NCBI GenBank assembly: GCA_964565135.1
Contig: CAZMEA010000002.1
Coordinates: 9,824 to 73,823, forward strand
Direction: 5' to 3'
DNA length: 64,000 bases
DNA from: an uncultured Woeseiaceae bacterium
Lineage (GTDB): Bacteria; Pseudomonadota; Gammaproteobacteria; Steroidobacterales; Woeseiaceae
The position numbers were made by a program, and so were the translations under genes. This document shows, in pieces, positions 55,952-64,000 of the stretch (position 1 is the stretch's first letter; every line of letters begins with the position of its first letter). Below the pieces are notes generated by a model that had not been told where the DNA came from, ran no database searches, and saw only the letters and a list, made by a program, of their open reading frames with translations.

Positions 55952-56113
55952 ACCGGAACCTTGAATTCACTACGTCGGTCACAACCTTAGCGACGTGCGC
56001 GCCATTAGGGAATAGGGCGCGAACGTCGACGCCTGCGCCGCCCCGCAGGTGTCTGTCAAAACCGCTACAATGACGCGCCGCGGCGAGGCCGCGGCGCACG
56101 GGAGACCAGCATC

Positions 56114-56521
56114 ATGAACGACAATCGGATCAACGACGACGCGCTTCGAGATCGCCTGACTGCAGAGCAGTACGAGGTCACCCAGAATAAAGGCACCGAA
56201 CGGCCGTTTACCGGAAAGTATGTCGACAACAAGGACGATGGCACCTACTACTGCGTCTGCTGCAATACCAAGCTCTTCAGCTCCCAGCAGAAGTACGATT
56301 CGGGTTCCGGCTGGCCGAGTTTCTGGTCGCCGTTAGCGGGCGACAACATTCGCACGGTCCGGGACACGAGCCACGGCATGATCCGGGAAGAAGTTGTCTG
56401 CGCGCACTGTGGCGCGCACCTCGGGCACGTGTTCGAAGACGGACCGCAGCCGACGGGCCTTCGCTATTGCATCAATTCTGCTTCCCTGGACTTCCAGGGT
56501 GAATCCGAGTCCAACAGCTGA
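56114..56521 (+). CDS. msrB: Peptide-methionine (R)-S-oxide reductase
   Basis: [10 protein letters not shown], two CxxC pairs (CVCC, CAHC), [21 protein letters not shown]. Confidence 0.95.
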   Translation: MNDNRINDDALRDRLTAEQYEVTQNKGTERPFTGKYVDNKDDGTYYCVCCNTKLFSSQQKYDSGSGWPSFWSPLAGDNIRTVRDTSHGMIREEVVCAHCGAHLGHVFEDGPQPTGLRYCINSASLDFQGESESNS

Positions 56522-56524
56522 GCC

Positions 56525-57067
56525 ATGCGCTCATCAAGGAGTTCCATGAACATCGTCAGACTGCTTATTGCCTTACCGTTTGTCCTGACAGCTGCGGCCT
56601 GTGGCGGCGGCAACGACGGTAACGCACCGGCCGCAAACACAGCATCGGAGCCTGCTGCCATGACCGAATCAACGACGAGCGACGAATGGCAGGAGATCGT
56701 CCCCGGCCTGAGTCAGAAGATCATCACCGCCGGTGACGGAAACGTCGCGGCGGCGGGCCAGGTAGCGACGGTGCACTACACCGGATGGCTGTATGACCCG
56801 GATGCGCCGGACGGACGGGGCAGCAAGTTCGACAGCTCTGTCGATCGGGATCAGTACTTCGAGTTTCCGCTGGGTGCCGGCCGCGTCATCAAAGGTTGGG
56901 ATCAGGGCGTCGTCGGCATGCGCATTGGTGAGACGCGCGACCTGCTGATTGCACCGGACATGGCCTATGGTGACCGCAACGTCGGCGGTGGATTGATCCC
57001 ACCGGGCTCGACGCTGTTGTTCAGAGTCGAGCTTGCAGGCCTGGACGGTGAAATCCCGGGCCAGTAA
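56525..57067 (+). CDS. FKBP-type peptidyl-prolyl cis-trans isomerase, probable lipoprotein
   Basis: VHYTGWL...GSKFDSS...FPLGAGRVIKGWDQGVVGMRIGETRDLLIAPDMAYG. N-terminus LTAAAC. Confidence 0.9.
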   Translation: MRSSRSSMNIVRLLIALPFVLTAAACGGGNDGNAPAANTASEPAAMTESTTSDEWQEIVPGLSQKIITAGDGNVAAAGQVATVHYTGWLYDPDAPDGRGSKFDSSVDRDQYFEFPLGAGRVIKGWDQGVVGMRIGETRDLLIAPDMAYGDRNVGGGLIPPGSTLLFRVELAGLDGEIPGQ

Positions 57068-57085
57068 GGCCCTGAGCGTCTCGGA

Positions 57086-57859
57086 CTAGGGCGCCAGCAA
57101 CTCGAAAATCACATCACGACCGGCGGCGCGCTGATCTGCCGCGGTCGTCGATTCCTGGTTGACCGATTGAACCGCCGGTTTCAGCCGGACGGCGTCGATG
57201 CCTGCGTCGAGCAGATGATTCGCTACGGCGTCAGCGGCAGCGCGACTCCTGCCGCTGATACCTACCTTGAGTTCGGGGCAGTCGTGCATCAGTTCGACCA
57301 GCCGGTCCAGAGCGCCACGTGCACCGCTCCGCAGCCGTTCGCCAGTGCCGATATAGCGAACGCTGTTGTTCCGCGCGAACGACAGGAACTGACGCCGGCA
57401 GAGCGTCCCAAAGGGTATTCGCTCCGAGCTTACTTCTATGACTCGGCTATCGACGTGCATTTCCGGAAGCCGGACGGCGTCGATGCGGCCCAGCAGACTC
57501 TCGAGTTCACCCATTGCAGTCGTCGTGCCGGTTATCACGACTTCGTCCACAGATACACGAACGTCGCCTTCCTCGAGCAATGCACCGGCCCGCAGCGCGA
57601 GCTCTGTGACCACTGCCCAGCTCGAGGGTGTCGCTTGATCGATAACCAGTTCAAAGTTCGCACTACGCCCGCCGCCATAGCGGGCGATGGCGGATTTCAG
57701 AAGTCCGCTGTGGGCATCGGACGAGCTCGCGCCGCTTACCTCGAGCGCGTCAGGAGTAGCCCGCAGTCGTAATTCGGGTAACGATTGCCCCGATACGGCA
57801 GCAGAGAGAACGAGAATCGCCGAGACAACTGCGCCCGTGAGCGCCCGGCTGTCGATCAA
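57086..57859 (-). CDS. Exported hypothetical protein with a degenerate OmpA-like C-terminus
   Basis: Signal peptide. The C-terminal segment GARGALDRLVELMHDCPELKVGISGRSRAAADAVANHLLDAGIDAVRL resembles an OmpA_C-like fold but lacks its peptidoglycan-binding core. ATGA overlap with the upstream gene. Confidence 0.55.
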   Translation of the reverse strand: MIDSRALTGAVVSAILVLSAAVSGQSLPELRLRATPDALEVSGASSSDAHSGLLKSAIARYGGGRSANFELVIDQATPSSWAVVTELALRAGALLEEGDVRVSVDEVVITGTTTAMGELESLLGRIDAVRLPEMHVDSRVIEVSSERIPFGTLCRRQFLSFARNNSVRYIGTGERLRSGARGALDRLVELMHDCPELKVGISGRSRAAADAVANHLLDAGIDAVRLKPAVQSVNQESTTAADQRAAGRDVIFELLAP

Positions 57860-59085
57860 GAGGATTCGCCGGCGGCGTCGTGTTCCAGCAGTCGGGCCTG
57901 ACCGATCCAGTCCTCGCGATAGATGCGGCTGCGGAAGCCCCGCAGCTCATTCGCCACACGGTCGATGTCCACCTCGCTCATGCCGGCGATCTGCTTGAAC
58001 TGGAAAAAGCCAAGTCGATTGAGCGTTTTCTCGATGGCCGGGCCAACGCCCTTGATTCGCTGCAGGTCGTCGACGCCGCCATTGCTGCCGTTGGCCGCTG
58101 CAGGTTCGGCCCGGTCAGCGTCATCAAGCGCAGCAAAGGTCTCGGTATCGATCGGCGTCTCGCCGCTCGACAGCAACTCGTCCACACGGACCGATGCGCT
58201 GTCATCCGAAAAGACTTCCGCGATCGATTGCTCGGTCAGTGATTCCGCTGCGCGATCAACACCGTCTGTGCCAAAGTCGAAATCCACGTCGCGTTTGACG
58301 GCAAGCCTGTCTGTATGCTCGGGATCCGCAATCTGATCGACCGGTTGATCGTCCGCTGACTCGTGCACGTCGCCTGTCGTCTCGGTCAGTATCGACGCCT
58401 CGCTGGTTTCATCGTACTGCTCGTTCGACGCGTCGAGGTCGGTGGACAGTGATGCGTCTTGCACCGGCTCTATGCGTGTTTCGTCGGGCGGCGGTCGCAG
58501 CTTCTCCAGCTCGGCGATGCGTTCGTTGGCTTTATCCAGCTCAACGCCGAGCTGTTCGGCTTCGAGGTTTCGTTCCCGGAACCGCTCCAGCAACGGCGGA
58601 AGCCGGTTCTGCCAGGTTTCCAGTTCGCGACTCAATTTGAAGATCTTCTCGTCTTTCTCTTTGAGACTCGCGTCACGTGCCATCTGTCGCGCGCCGGCGT
58701 TGTCCCAATCCTGCTTCAGCTGATCTCGCTGCTTGATGGACACCTCGAGATTGCTGCGAACTTCGCGGAGCTCTTTGTCCAGATACTCGCGTTCGCTTTG
58801 GGCCGTTCGCAGCGACTCGGTCATGTCGCTGACCTGCCGATCCGCGTCTTTCTTCGATACGCGGTACTGGCTGATCTGCTCCATCAGGCTCTTGTTCTGT
58901 TCGGCAATGCGATCGTGCTCGGTCTTTTGGACGCTAAGCTGTTCCTGCCAGCCGGCATTAATGGCGTCTTTCTCGCGCCGGATGCGCGTACCGCGAAGGA
59001 ACCAGCCGACAATGACGCCGGCCAGCAGCACGGCCGCTGCCAATCCAATCATCGCTGGAGTCAGGTTCTGCAAGTCCACGGTCAA
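57856..59085 (-). CDS. Membrane-anchored coiled-coil protein with acidic linker and C-terminal helix-hairpin-helix module
   Basis: N-terminal TM segment (MIGLAAAVLLAGVIVGWFL). About 170 aa of heptad-like E/K/Q/R-rich sequence, then a D/E-rich linker. C-terminus LQRIKGVGPAIEKTLNRLGFFQFKQIAGMSEVDIDRVANEL...REDWIGQARLL. Confidence 0.7.
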   Translation of the reverse strand: MTVDLQNLTPAMIGLAAAVLLAGVIVGWFLRGTRIRREKDAINAGWQEQLSVQKTEHDRIAEQNKSLMEQISQYRVSKKDADRQVSDMTESLRTAQSEREYLDKELREVRSNLEVSIKQRDQLKQDWDNAGARQMARDASLKEKDEKIFKLSRELETWQNRLPPLLERFRERNLEAEQLGVELDKANERIAELEKLRPPPDETRIEPVQDASLSTDLDASNEQYDETSEASILTETTGDVHESADDQPVDQIADPEHTDRLAVKRDVDFDFGTDGVDRAAESLTEQSIAEVFSDDSASVRVDELLSSGETPIDTETFAALDDADRAEPAAANGSNGGVDDLQRIKGVGPAIEKTLNRLGFFQFKQIAGMSEVDIDRVANELRGFRSRIYREDWIGQARLLEHDAAGESS

Positions 59086-59259
59086 TGCTCCTGTGCACTG
59101 ATTTTACATAAGCTCATAATTTTACGATAAATTATGGACCGATTGTGAGAATACAACGGATCCCCGCTTCCGAAGTGAGAACCGGGTCTCGACTCTTTCG
59201 GTTAACATGCGGCCGGTCCGGTCGTTCAAGGCAAGCCACAGGCATTCGCCAAACGCTCT

Positions 59260-61095
59260 ATGGGTGAAGAACACATCAGTATCGTCATCGTGACGGTGGC
59301 GGCACTCGGTGTCGCTGCGCAGTGGGTTGCCTGGCGACTAAAGATGCCGGCCATTATTTTTCTCGCGGTGTTCGGCCTCATTGCGGGCCCCGGCCTCGAC
59401 CTGATTCAGCCCAGCGAGGACTTCGGCGAATTCCTCCGTCCGGTTGTCGGTCTTTGCGTCGCGATTATCCTGTTCGAAGGCGGGCTGAGCCTGCAACTCA
59501 ATGAGCTGAAAGAGGCGGCCAGCGGCGTTCGGCGACTTGTGTATGTCGGAGCGCCGCTTGCCTGGGTGACCTGTGCGTTGTGCGCGCGCCTGATCGGCGG
59601 CCTGGACTGGGCGGTAGCTCTGGTGTTTGGTGCCATCATGGTCGTCACCGGGCCGACCGTGATCATGCCGATGCTGCGGCAGGCCGGGCTCAATCGTCGC
59701 ACGGCCTCGTACCTGAAATGGGAAGGGATCGTGAACGATCCGATCGGTGCGCTGCTTGCCGTACTCGTTTTCCAGTTCTTCATCTTTCAGCAGAGCGGCA
59801 GCGGCTGGGCCGAGGTACTTTCCGGCATCGGTCTCGCGATTGCATCCAGTCTTGTGCTCGGCGGGTTTGGTGGTTACGCGATCGCGCGCGCCATGCGCGC
59901 AGGCCTCGTTCCCGAGTATTTGAAGAGCCCCGTGTTGCTCGGCCTGGTCCTGGTCGTGTTCGAGGTGTCGAATCTCGTGCAACACGAGGCGGGTCTTCTG
60001 TCGGTAACCGTTATGGGCATCGTCGTCGGCAATATGAATCTTCCTGGTATCGGCGATCTTCGACGCTTCAAGGAGTACATAACGATCATGCTCGTGTCCG
60101 TCGTCTTCGTATCTCTGACGGCGGACCTCGACGTGGGAACACTGGACGACATTGGCTGGCGCGGCGTGGCTTTGATTCTGGCCGTCATGTTTGTCGCGAG
60201 ACCCATTAGCATCATGCTCGCGACCGTTGGTGCCGGTATGGAGTTCCGCGAGCGCGTCTTGCTGTCGTGGATCGCGCCACGTGGAATCGTTGCCGCAGCT
60301 ACCGCCGGTCTTATGGGACCCGGTCTGGTGGACGCCGGCTATCCTGCCGAGGTGCTGTTACCTCTGGTGTTCGCGGTTATCTTCGCCACGGTGTTCAGTC
60401 ACGGTCTTACGCTGAACTGGTTGTCGGGAAAACTCGGACTTGCCTCACCGCATCGCGATGGCGTGCTGATCGTTGGCGCGTCGCCCTGGACCGTGGAGCT
60501 CGCGTCCACCCTGAAGAACATGGATGTGAACGTGCTGATCGCGGATTCGTCCTGGCACAGTCTGCGCCCCGCGAGACTTGCGGGCATTCCTGTGTTCTAC
60601 GGCGAGATTTTGTCCGAGTTTGCCGAAGAGTCGGTCGAGCTGGCGCATATCAGGACGGTGCTGGCTGCCACCAGCAACGATGCCTACAACGCACTGGTAT
60701 GCACGGCGCTGGCGCCCGAAATTGGTCAGCAACGCGTGCTGCAGCTGGCGCTCGGCGGTACGGATCCGGAGGAGGATCCACGCTCGCTGGCGCGTCCGCG
60801 GCGCGGCGGCGTGGCCTTCGATTCCGACGCGTATTTCGAATCGTTGTGGAGAAACTACGTTCGTGGCTGGAAATTCTCGCGGACCCGCATCACCGACGAG
60901 TATGACTACGCGACGTTCGTTGACGACCTCCCTGAGGGTGCACTGCAGATACTCATGATGCATGGCAGCGAACGGGTCGAATTCATTGCGGCCGGCGTCA
61001 ATCCCGAGCCCGATCCCGGTACGACGATCGTATACTTCGCGCCGGAACGTGAAACCCGGAAAGACAAGATCGATGAAAAAGCCGGCACCAGCTGA
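59260..61095 (+). CDS. Cation:proton antiporter (CPA1/NhaP-type) with a C-terminal cytoplasmic regulatory domain
   Basis: About 11-12 TM with a Na+/H+-exchanger-like N-terminus (AQWVAWRLKMPAIIFLAVFGLIAGP). C-terminal soluble domain of about 200 aa (VLIVGASPWTVELASTL, Rossmann-like). Confidence 0.9.
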   Translation: MGEEHISIVIVTVAALGVAAQWVAWRLKMPAIIFLAVFGLIAGPGLDLIQPSEDFGEFLRPVVGLCVAIILFEGGLSLQLNELKEAASGVRRLVYVGAPLAWVTCALCARLIGGLDWAVALVFGAIMVVTGPTVIMPMLRQAGLNRRTASYLKWEGIVNDPIGALLAVLVFQFFIFQQSGSGWAEVLSGIGLAIASSLVLGGFGGYAIARAMRAGLVPEYLKSPVLLGLVLVVFEVSNLVQHEAGLLSVTVMGIVVGNMNLPGIGDLRRFKEYITIMLVSVVFVSLTADLDVGTLDDIGWRGVALILAVMFVARPISIMLATVGAGMEFRERVLLSWIAPRGIVAAATAGLMGPGLVDAGYPAEVLLPLVFAVIFATVFSHGLTLNWLSGKLGLASPHRDGVLIVGASPWTVELASTLKNMDVNVLIADSSWHSLRPARLAGIPVFYGEILSEFAEESVELAHIRTVLAATSNDAYNALVCTALAPEIGQQRVLQLALGGTDPEEDPRSLARPRRGGVAFDSDAYFESLWRNYVRGWKFSRTRITDEYDYATFVDDLPEGALQILMMHGSERVEFIAAGVNPEPDPGTTIVYFAPERETRKDKIDEKAGTS

Positions 61096-61735
61096 AGCAT
61101 TGGACATTCATGGACCGAGCGGCCGCCTCGAAGCTGTTCTCGAGGATTCGCCGCTCGGCGCAGCCGTCGGAATTGGTGTCGTCTGTCATCCGCACCCCCA
61201 ACACGGCGGGACGATGAACAACAAGGTTGCGCATACGCTCGCGCGTGCGTTCAACCGCAGCGGACTCGCGGCGCTACGATTCAATTTTCGAGGTGTCGGC
61301 AAAAGTGAGGGCGAGTTCGGCGAAGGTATCGGTGAGGTGGACGACGTCCTCGCCGTCGTCCAGGCTGCCCGGGATCGATTTCCGGGGCTGCCGCTATGGC
61401 TGGGCGGGTTTTCCTTTGGCGCGGCGATGGCCGTGCGTGCTGCGAATGCAGCAGGGGCGGCTGGGCTGATCAGCGTCGCGCCCGCCGCGTTTCGGTTTGC
61501 GGGTCAGCTGGACGAACAACCCGCCATGCCCTGGCTCATTGTTCATGGTGAGGATGATGAACTCGTCCCGATCGAAGAATCCATCGAATGGGTAAACGGC
61601 CTCGAGCCCGGCCCGGAACTCGTCGTGTTTCCCGAAACGAGCCATTTCTTTCACGGCAAGCTCGTCGACCTTCGTGAGGCCGTGATCAGCTTCATCGAAC
61701 GGTACCCGTCCACTGAAACGAAAAAGCCGGGCTGA
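61073..61735 (+). CDS. Alpha/beta-fold hydrolase
   Basis: GVVCHPHPQHGGTMNNKV...FNFRGVGKSEG. Nucleophile elbow GFSFG. Start moved to the ATG at 61073, which overlaps the antiporter gene by 23 nt. Confidence 0.8.
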   Translation: MKKPAPAEALDIHGPSGRLEAVLEDSPLGAAVGIGVVCHPHPQHGGTMNNKVAHTLARAFNRSGLAALRFNFRGVGKSEGEFGEGIGEVDDVLAVVQAARDRFPGLPLWLGGFSFGAAMAVRAANAAGAAGLISVAPAAFRFAGQLDEQPAMPWLIVHGEDDELVPIEESIEWVNGLEPGPELVVFPETSHFFHGKLVDLREAVISFIERYPSTETKKPG

Positions 61736-61750
61736 GACGCCCGGCTTTTC
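61721..61750. terminator. Bidirectional intrinsic terminator between the hydrolase gene and the HU-like gene
   Basis: AAAAAGCCGGGC-tgagac-GCCCGGCTTTTCC. The stem includes the hydrolase stop codon. Confidence 0.75.
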
Positions 61751-61775
61751 CTCGGTTCCGGTTGGCAACGCCAAC

Positions 61776-62114
61776 TCAGACCATGTCTTTCAGCCCCTTC
61801 AAAGCGGCAACTTTGACGGTCTTCGATGCGGGCTTCGCCTTGAACATCATTTCCTCGCCGGTGAACGGATTGATGCCCTTGCGAGCTTTGGTCGCCGGCT
61901 TCTTGACGACGCGCATCTTCATGAGGCCCGGTACGGTGAAGGTTCCGGGTGCGCCGCGCCCGCCGAGGTTCTTCTTGATCTGTCCACTCAGCGAATCAAA
62001 CACTGCGGCGACGTCTTTCCGGGTCAGGCCGGTGTCGTCCGCGATCTGGGCGTAGATCTGCGATTTGGTCGGCGGCTTCTTTGCATTAGAGCCGGCGCTT
62101 TTTTTTGCTGCCAT
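61776..62114 (-). CDS. HU/IHF-fold DNA-binding protein with Lys/Ala-rich N-terminal tail
   Basis: HU-like core (KSQIYAQIADDTGLTRKDVAAVFDSL...GTFTVPGLMKMRVVKKPATKARKGINPFTGEEMMFKAKPA) preceded by MAAKKSAGSNAKKPPT. AGGGAG Shine-Dalgarno. Confidence 0.85.
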   Translation of the reverse strand: MAAKKSAGSNAKKPPTKSQIYAQIADDTGLTRKDVAAVFDSLSGQIKKNLGGRGAPGTFTVPGLMKMRVVKKPATKARKGINPFTGEEMMFKAKPASKTVKVAALKGLKDMV

Positions 62115-62244
62115 TGAAATTGAACTCCCTGATTAAGCACAAGGCGGGCTGATGCCCGCCAAAAAAACGCGCCGACCTTACCACAGCGATTCGTCGCAGA
62201 TAAGTTTGAAATTTGCGGGAAAACGTGCCCCGATGCCGCGTTGA

Positions 62245-62727
62245 TTAGTCGGTGTAGAACTGCCGTTTGAAGCGGACGTTGGATGATTGCGTCATGCCGT
62301 CGGGGATCACCGTGATGTCAAAGATCAAGGTTTCACGATTGGCAACCGGCGTCTCACCGATGTAGTAGATCGCCTCGACCTCGCCGGGTTCGCGAATCTC
62401 GCGCATGATGACGTTCTTAAGCTGGCCGGTCAGGTTTTGTGTTTTGACGCTTACCTCTCCAGTCACCGATTCGTTGCTTGCCTCCTCGATGATAGAGACG
62501 GTCAGCATTGCGCGGTTCTTGCTGCGCACGATGTTGTAGATTCGAGCGATATCCGGCGGCAACTGGTCGGTCGACTGCGCGCTGAAATGCACAATGTGAT
62601 CACCGATGTCGGCGTTCGTCGACTCCGCGGGTTCGGCCTGCGGCACCGTGGCTTCGTCGCCGGGCCCGCCACAGCCGGCGACAAGAGCAAGCGCGAACAC
62701 AAGGGTTAGGTGTTTACTCACGGTCAT
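62245..62727 (-). CDS. DUF4426-family lipoprotein
   Basis: MTVSKHLTLVFALALVAGC lipobox. In the usual position downstream of yggT-proC. GGGGGAG lies before the ATG at 62727. Confidence 0.7.
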   Translation of the reverse strand: MTVSKHLTLVFALALVAGCGGPGDEATVPQAEPAESTNADIGDHIVHFSAQSTDQLPPDIARIYNIVRSKNRAMLTVSIIEEASNESVTGEVSVKTQNLTGQLKNVIMREIREPGEVEAIYYIGETPVANRETLIFDITVIPDGMTQSSNVRFKRQFYTD

Positions 62728-62813
62728 TTTTCTAACTCCCCCCGGAATCATGACTTCTGCAAAAGACTATAGCGCGATTGCCTGCGTGTGTCGTGGCTGG
62801 TCAGCGTCGACAC

Positions 62814-63362
62814 CTACAGCGGCAGCGGTTTCAGAGTCTGCAGGTAGATGACACCGGCCTGCAAAAGAACGACCGCAAAAATCGGCGAGATGTCGAGGCC
62901 GCCGATCGCGGGAATCAGCCGCCGGAACGGACGCAATATGGGTTCCGCTATGGACCCTGCGATTGCGCTAACCGGATTATAGGTCTGCGGTGCCACCCAG
63001 CTCAGGATGATCCGTATCAGAATCGCGAAGAAGAACAGGTTCAGGCTCAGGATCATGAGCTCGAGCAGGGTCATGACGGCAATGGTCGCCGCGGGTGGCT
63101 GCTGCTGAACGATCTGTAGCAACACAAATAGTATGGCGAACTGCATGGCGAAGGTAACCAGCACCGTCGCGGTGTCTACGCGTCCAACGGGCGGTATGAA
63201 TCTTCGGACCGGAATAATCAGTGGCGACGTAAAGCGAAGTACCGCCTGCGCGATCGGATTCCTGAAATCGGCTCGCACCAGCGGCAGCCAGAAGCGCAGC
63301 AGGTACAGCAGCAGGTACAGCTGAGCGAGGGTTTTTACGACGAAATAGAGCGCCTGGATCAT
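62814..63362 (-). CDS. yggT: YggT-family membrane protein
   Basis: LAQLYLLLYLLRFWLPLVRADFRNPIAQAVLRFTSPLIIPVRRFIPPVG. Duplicated YGGT repeat. Downstream of proC. Confidence 0.85.
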   Translation of the reverse strand: MIQALYFVVKTLAQLYLLLYLLRFWLPLVRADFRNPIAQAVLRFTSPLIIPVRRFIPPVGRVDTATVLVTFAMQFAILFVLLQIVQQQPPAATIAVMTLLELMILSLNLFFFAILIRIILSWVAPQTYNPVSAIAGSIAEPILRPFRRLIPAIGGLDISPIFAVVLLQAGVIYLQTLKPLPL

Positions 63363-63381
63363 CGGCGGAGTTCTGGTCTAG

Positions 63382-64000
63382 TTATGAGTTCGTGGCATCG
63401 CCGAGTTCTACGGCTCGCTTGCGCGCGAGGTCGATCGCTTCAGCAAAGATACCACGAACGTCTTTTGCATCCAGGTGTTCGAAGGCCGCTGTCGTTGTGC
63501 CGCCCGGAGAACGCACCCTGTCGATCATGCTGGACATCGATTCCGTCTCGGCCACGGCGAGCGACGTCGCGCCACGGGCAGTTTCCACCGCGAGGGTGCG
63601 CGCCGTTTCCCGATCCAGACCGAACCGTATAGCTGCCTCGATCATCACATCGATCAACAGATAGAAATAGGCCGGGCCCGTGCCCGAGACGGCCGTGACA
63701 GAGTCAATGTCTGCTTCCTTTGGCACCCACACGACCTGTCCGACCGCCAGCATGATGGCTTCAGCAAGTTCTCGCGCTGTCTCATCGGCGCGTTCGTTTG
63801 CGAACAGTGCAGATATGCCCTGATCGATGAGCGCCGGCTGGTTCGGCATTACCCGGATGACACTCAGTCCACCGCCGAGCCAGCGATCGATATCGGCCAC
63901 TCGCGGCCCGGCCGCGATCGACACGATGACAGGCTGTGCTGACTGCACGACCGCTGCGAGGTCGATGCAGACCGATTGCAGTATCTGCGGCTTCACAGCG
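63382..64000 (-). CDS. proC: Pyrroline-5-carboxylate reductase, C-terminal roughly 205 codons; the N-terminus lies beyond the right window edge
   Basis: VKPQ..., IRVMPNQPALI, VSGTGPAYFYLLIDVMIEAAIRFGL and SPGGTTTAAFEHL are collinear with ProC. The track 'M' at 63996 is an internal GTG (Val). Confidence 0.9.
   Translation of the reverse strand, partial: AVKPQILQSVCIDLAAVVQSAQPVIVSIAAGPRVADIDRWLGGGLSVIRVMPNQPALIDQGISALFANERADETARELAEAIMLAVGQVVWVPKEADIDSVTAVSGTGPAYFYLLIDVMIEAAIRFGLDRETARTLAVETARGATSLAVAETESMSSMIDRVRSPGGTTTAAFEHLDAKDVRGIFAEAIDLARKRAVELGDATNS

Noticed and set aside
62143-62167. GGCGGGC-tgat-GCCCGCC hairpin followed by A7, considered as a terminator for the DUF4426 gene
   Set aside because: The homopolymer run is on the wrong side for either strand. 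On the minus strand the U-run precedes the stem, and only a weak UUGUGCUU follows it. I left it as an unexplained 5'-region hairpin of the HU-like gene.

Overview
The window is GC-rich (roughly 60% by eye) and densely coding. It looks like core chromosome of a Gammaproteobacterium (proC-yggT-DUF4426, glnE, kdkA/lpxL, htpG, ppnN, yihG). I count about 65 protein genes. By eye I found no rRNA, tRNA, CRISPR array, transposase, integrase or recognisable defence cassette.

Contents, left to right:
- Two adjacent RND efflux operons. One has two tandem adaptor genes; the other has a PadR regulator.
- An FAD oxidase, then a PLP-dehydratase / exported amidohydrolase / beta-helix-repeat protein cluster.
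- mtnA plus a class II aldolase, folD, and tpm.
- Small detox-type enzymes and an aminotransferase.
- A class-A beta-lactamase-like lipoprotein, yihG, and a GIY-YIG protein.
- A six-gene minus-strand run: MATE, orphan ABC ATPase, NERD, DUF819, MBL, MmyB-like regulator.
- A sigma-54 module (see below).
- dacB, a GGDEF/EAL protein, and glnE.
- LPS and murein genes (kdkA, lpxL, mltD-like, an L,D-transpeptidase).
- ppnN, a low-GC islet of tiny ORFs, and htpG with a sigma-32 promoter.
- An osmoprotectant ABC importer, msrB, an FKBP, and a CPA1 antiporter.
- An HU-like protein, then DUF4426-yggT-proC.

Both window edges cut genes that the ORF track misses or truncates: an RND permease at 1..1932 and proC at the right edge.

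The most interesting signal is at 32.3-34.8 kb. A receiver-less PAS-PAS sigma-54 activator faces a near-consensus -24/-12 promoter. That promoter drives a 92-aa secreted acidic protein, followed by a roughly 220-nt highly structured tail. The tail has two hairpins with C-rich loops and an intrinsic terminator, so it is a candidate 3'-UTR-derived or independent sRNA.

Other points worth a second look:
- a TriABC-like two-adaptor pump;
- a uORF plus a helix that sequesters the start codon ahead of the MATE gene;
- a dienelactone-hydrolase-fold lipoprotein that appears to have lost its catalytic Cys and His;
- a CysB-like HTH-only gene remnant;
- two AT-rich intergenic blocks.

Limits: every family assignment comes from motifs I recognise from memory. 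No database search, folding or statistics were run. Many ORF-track starts are over-extended (the track also uses GTG/TTG), and I re-set them by hand.
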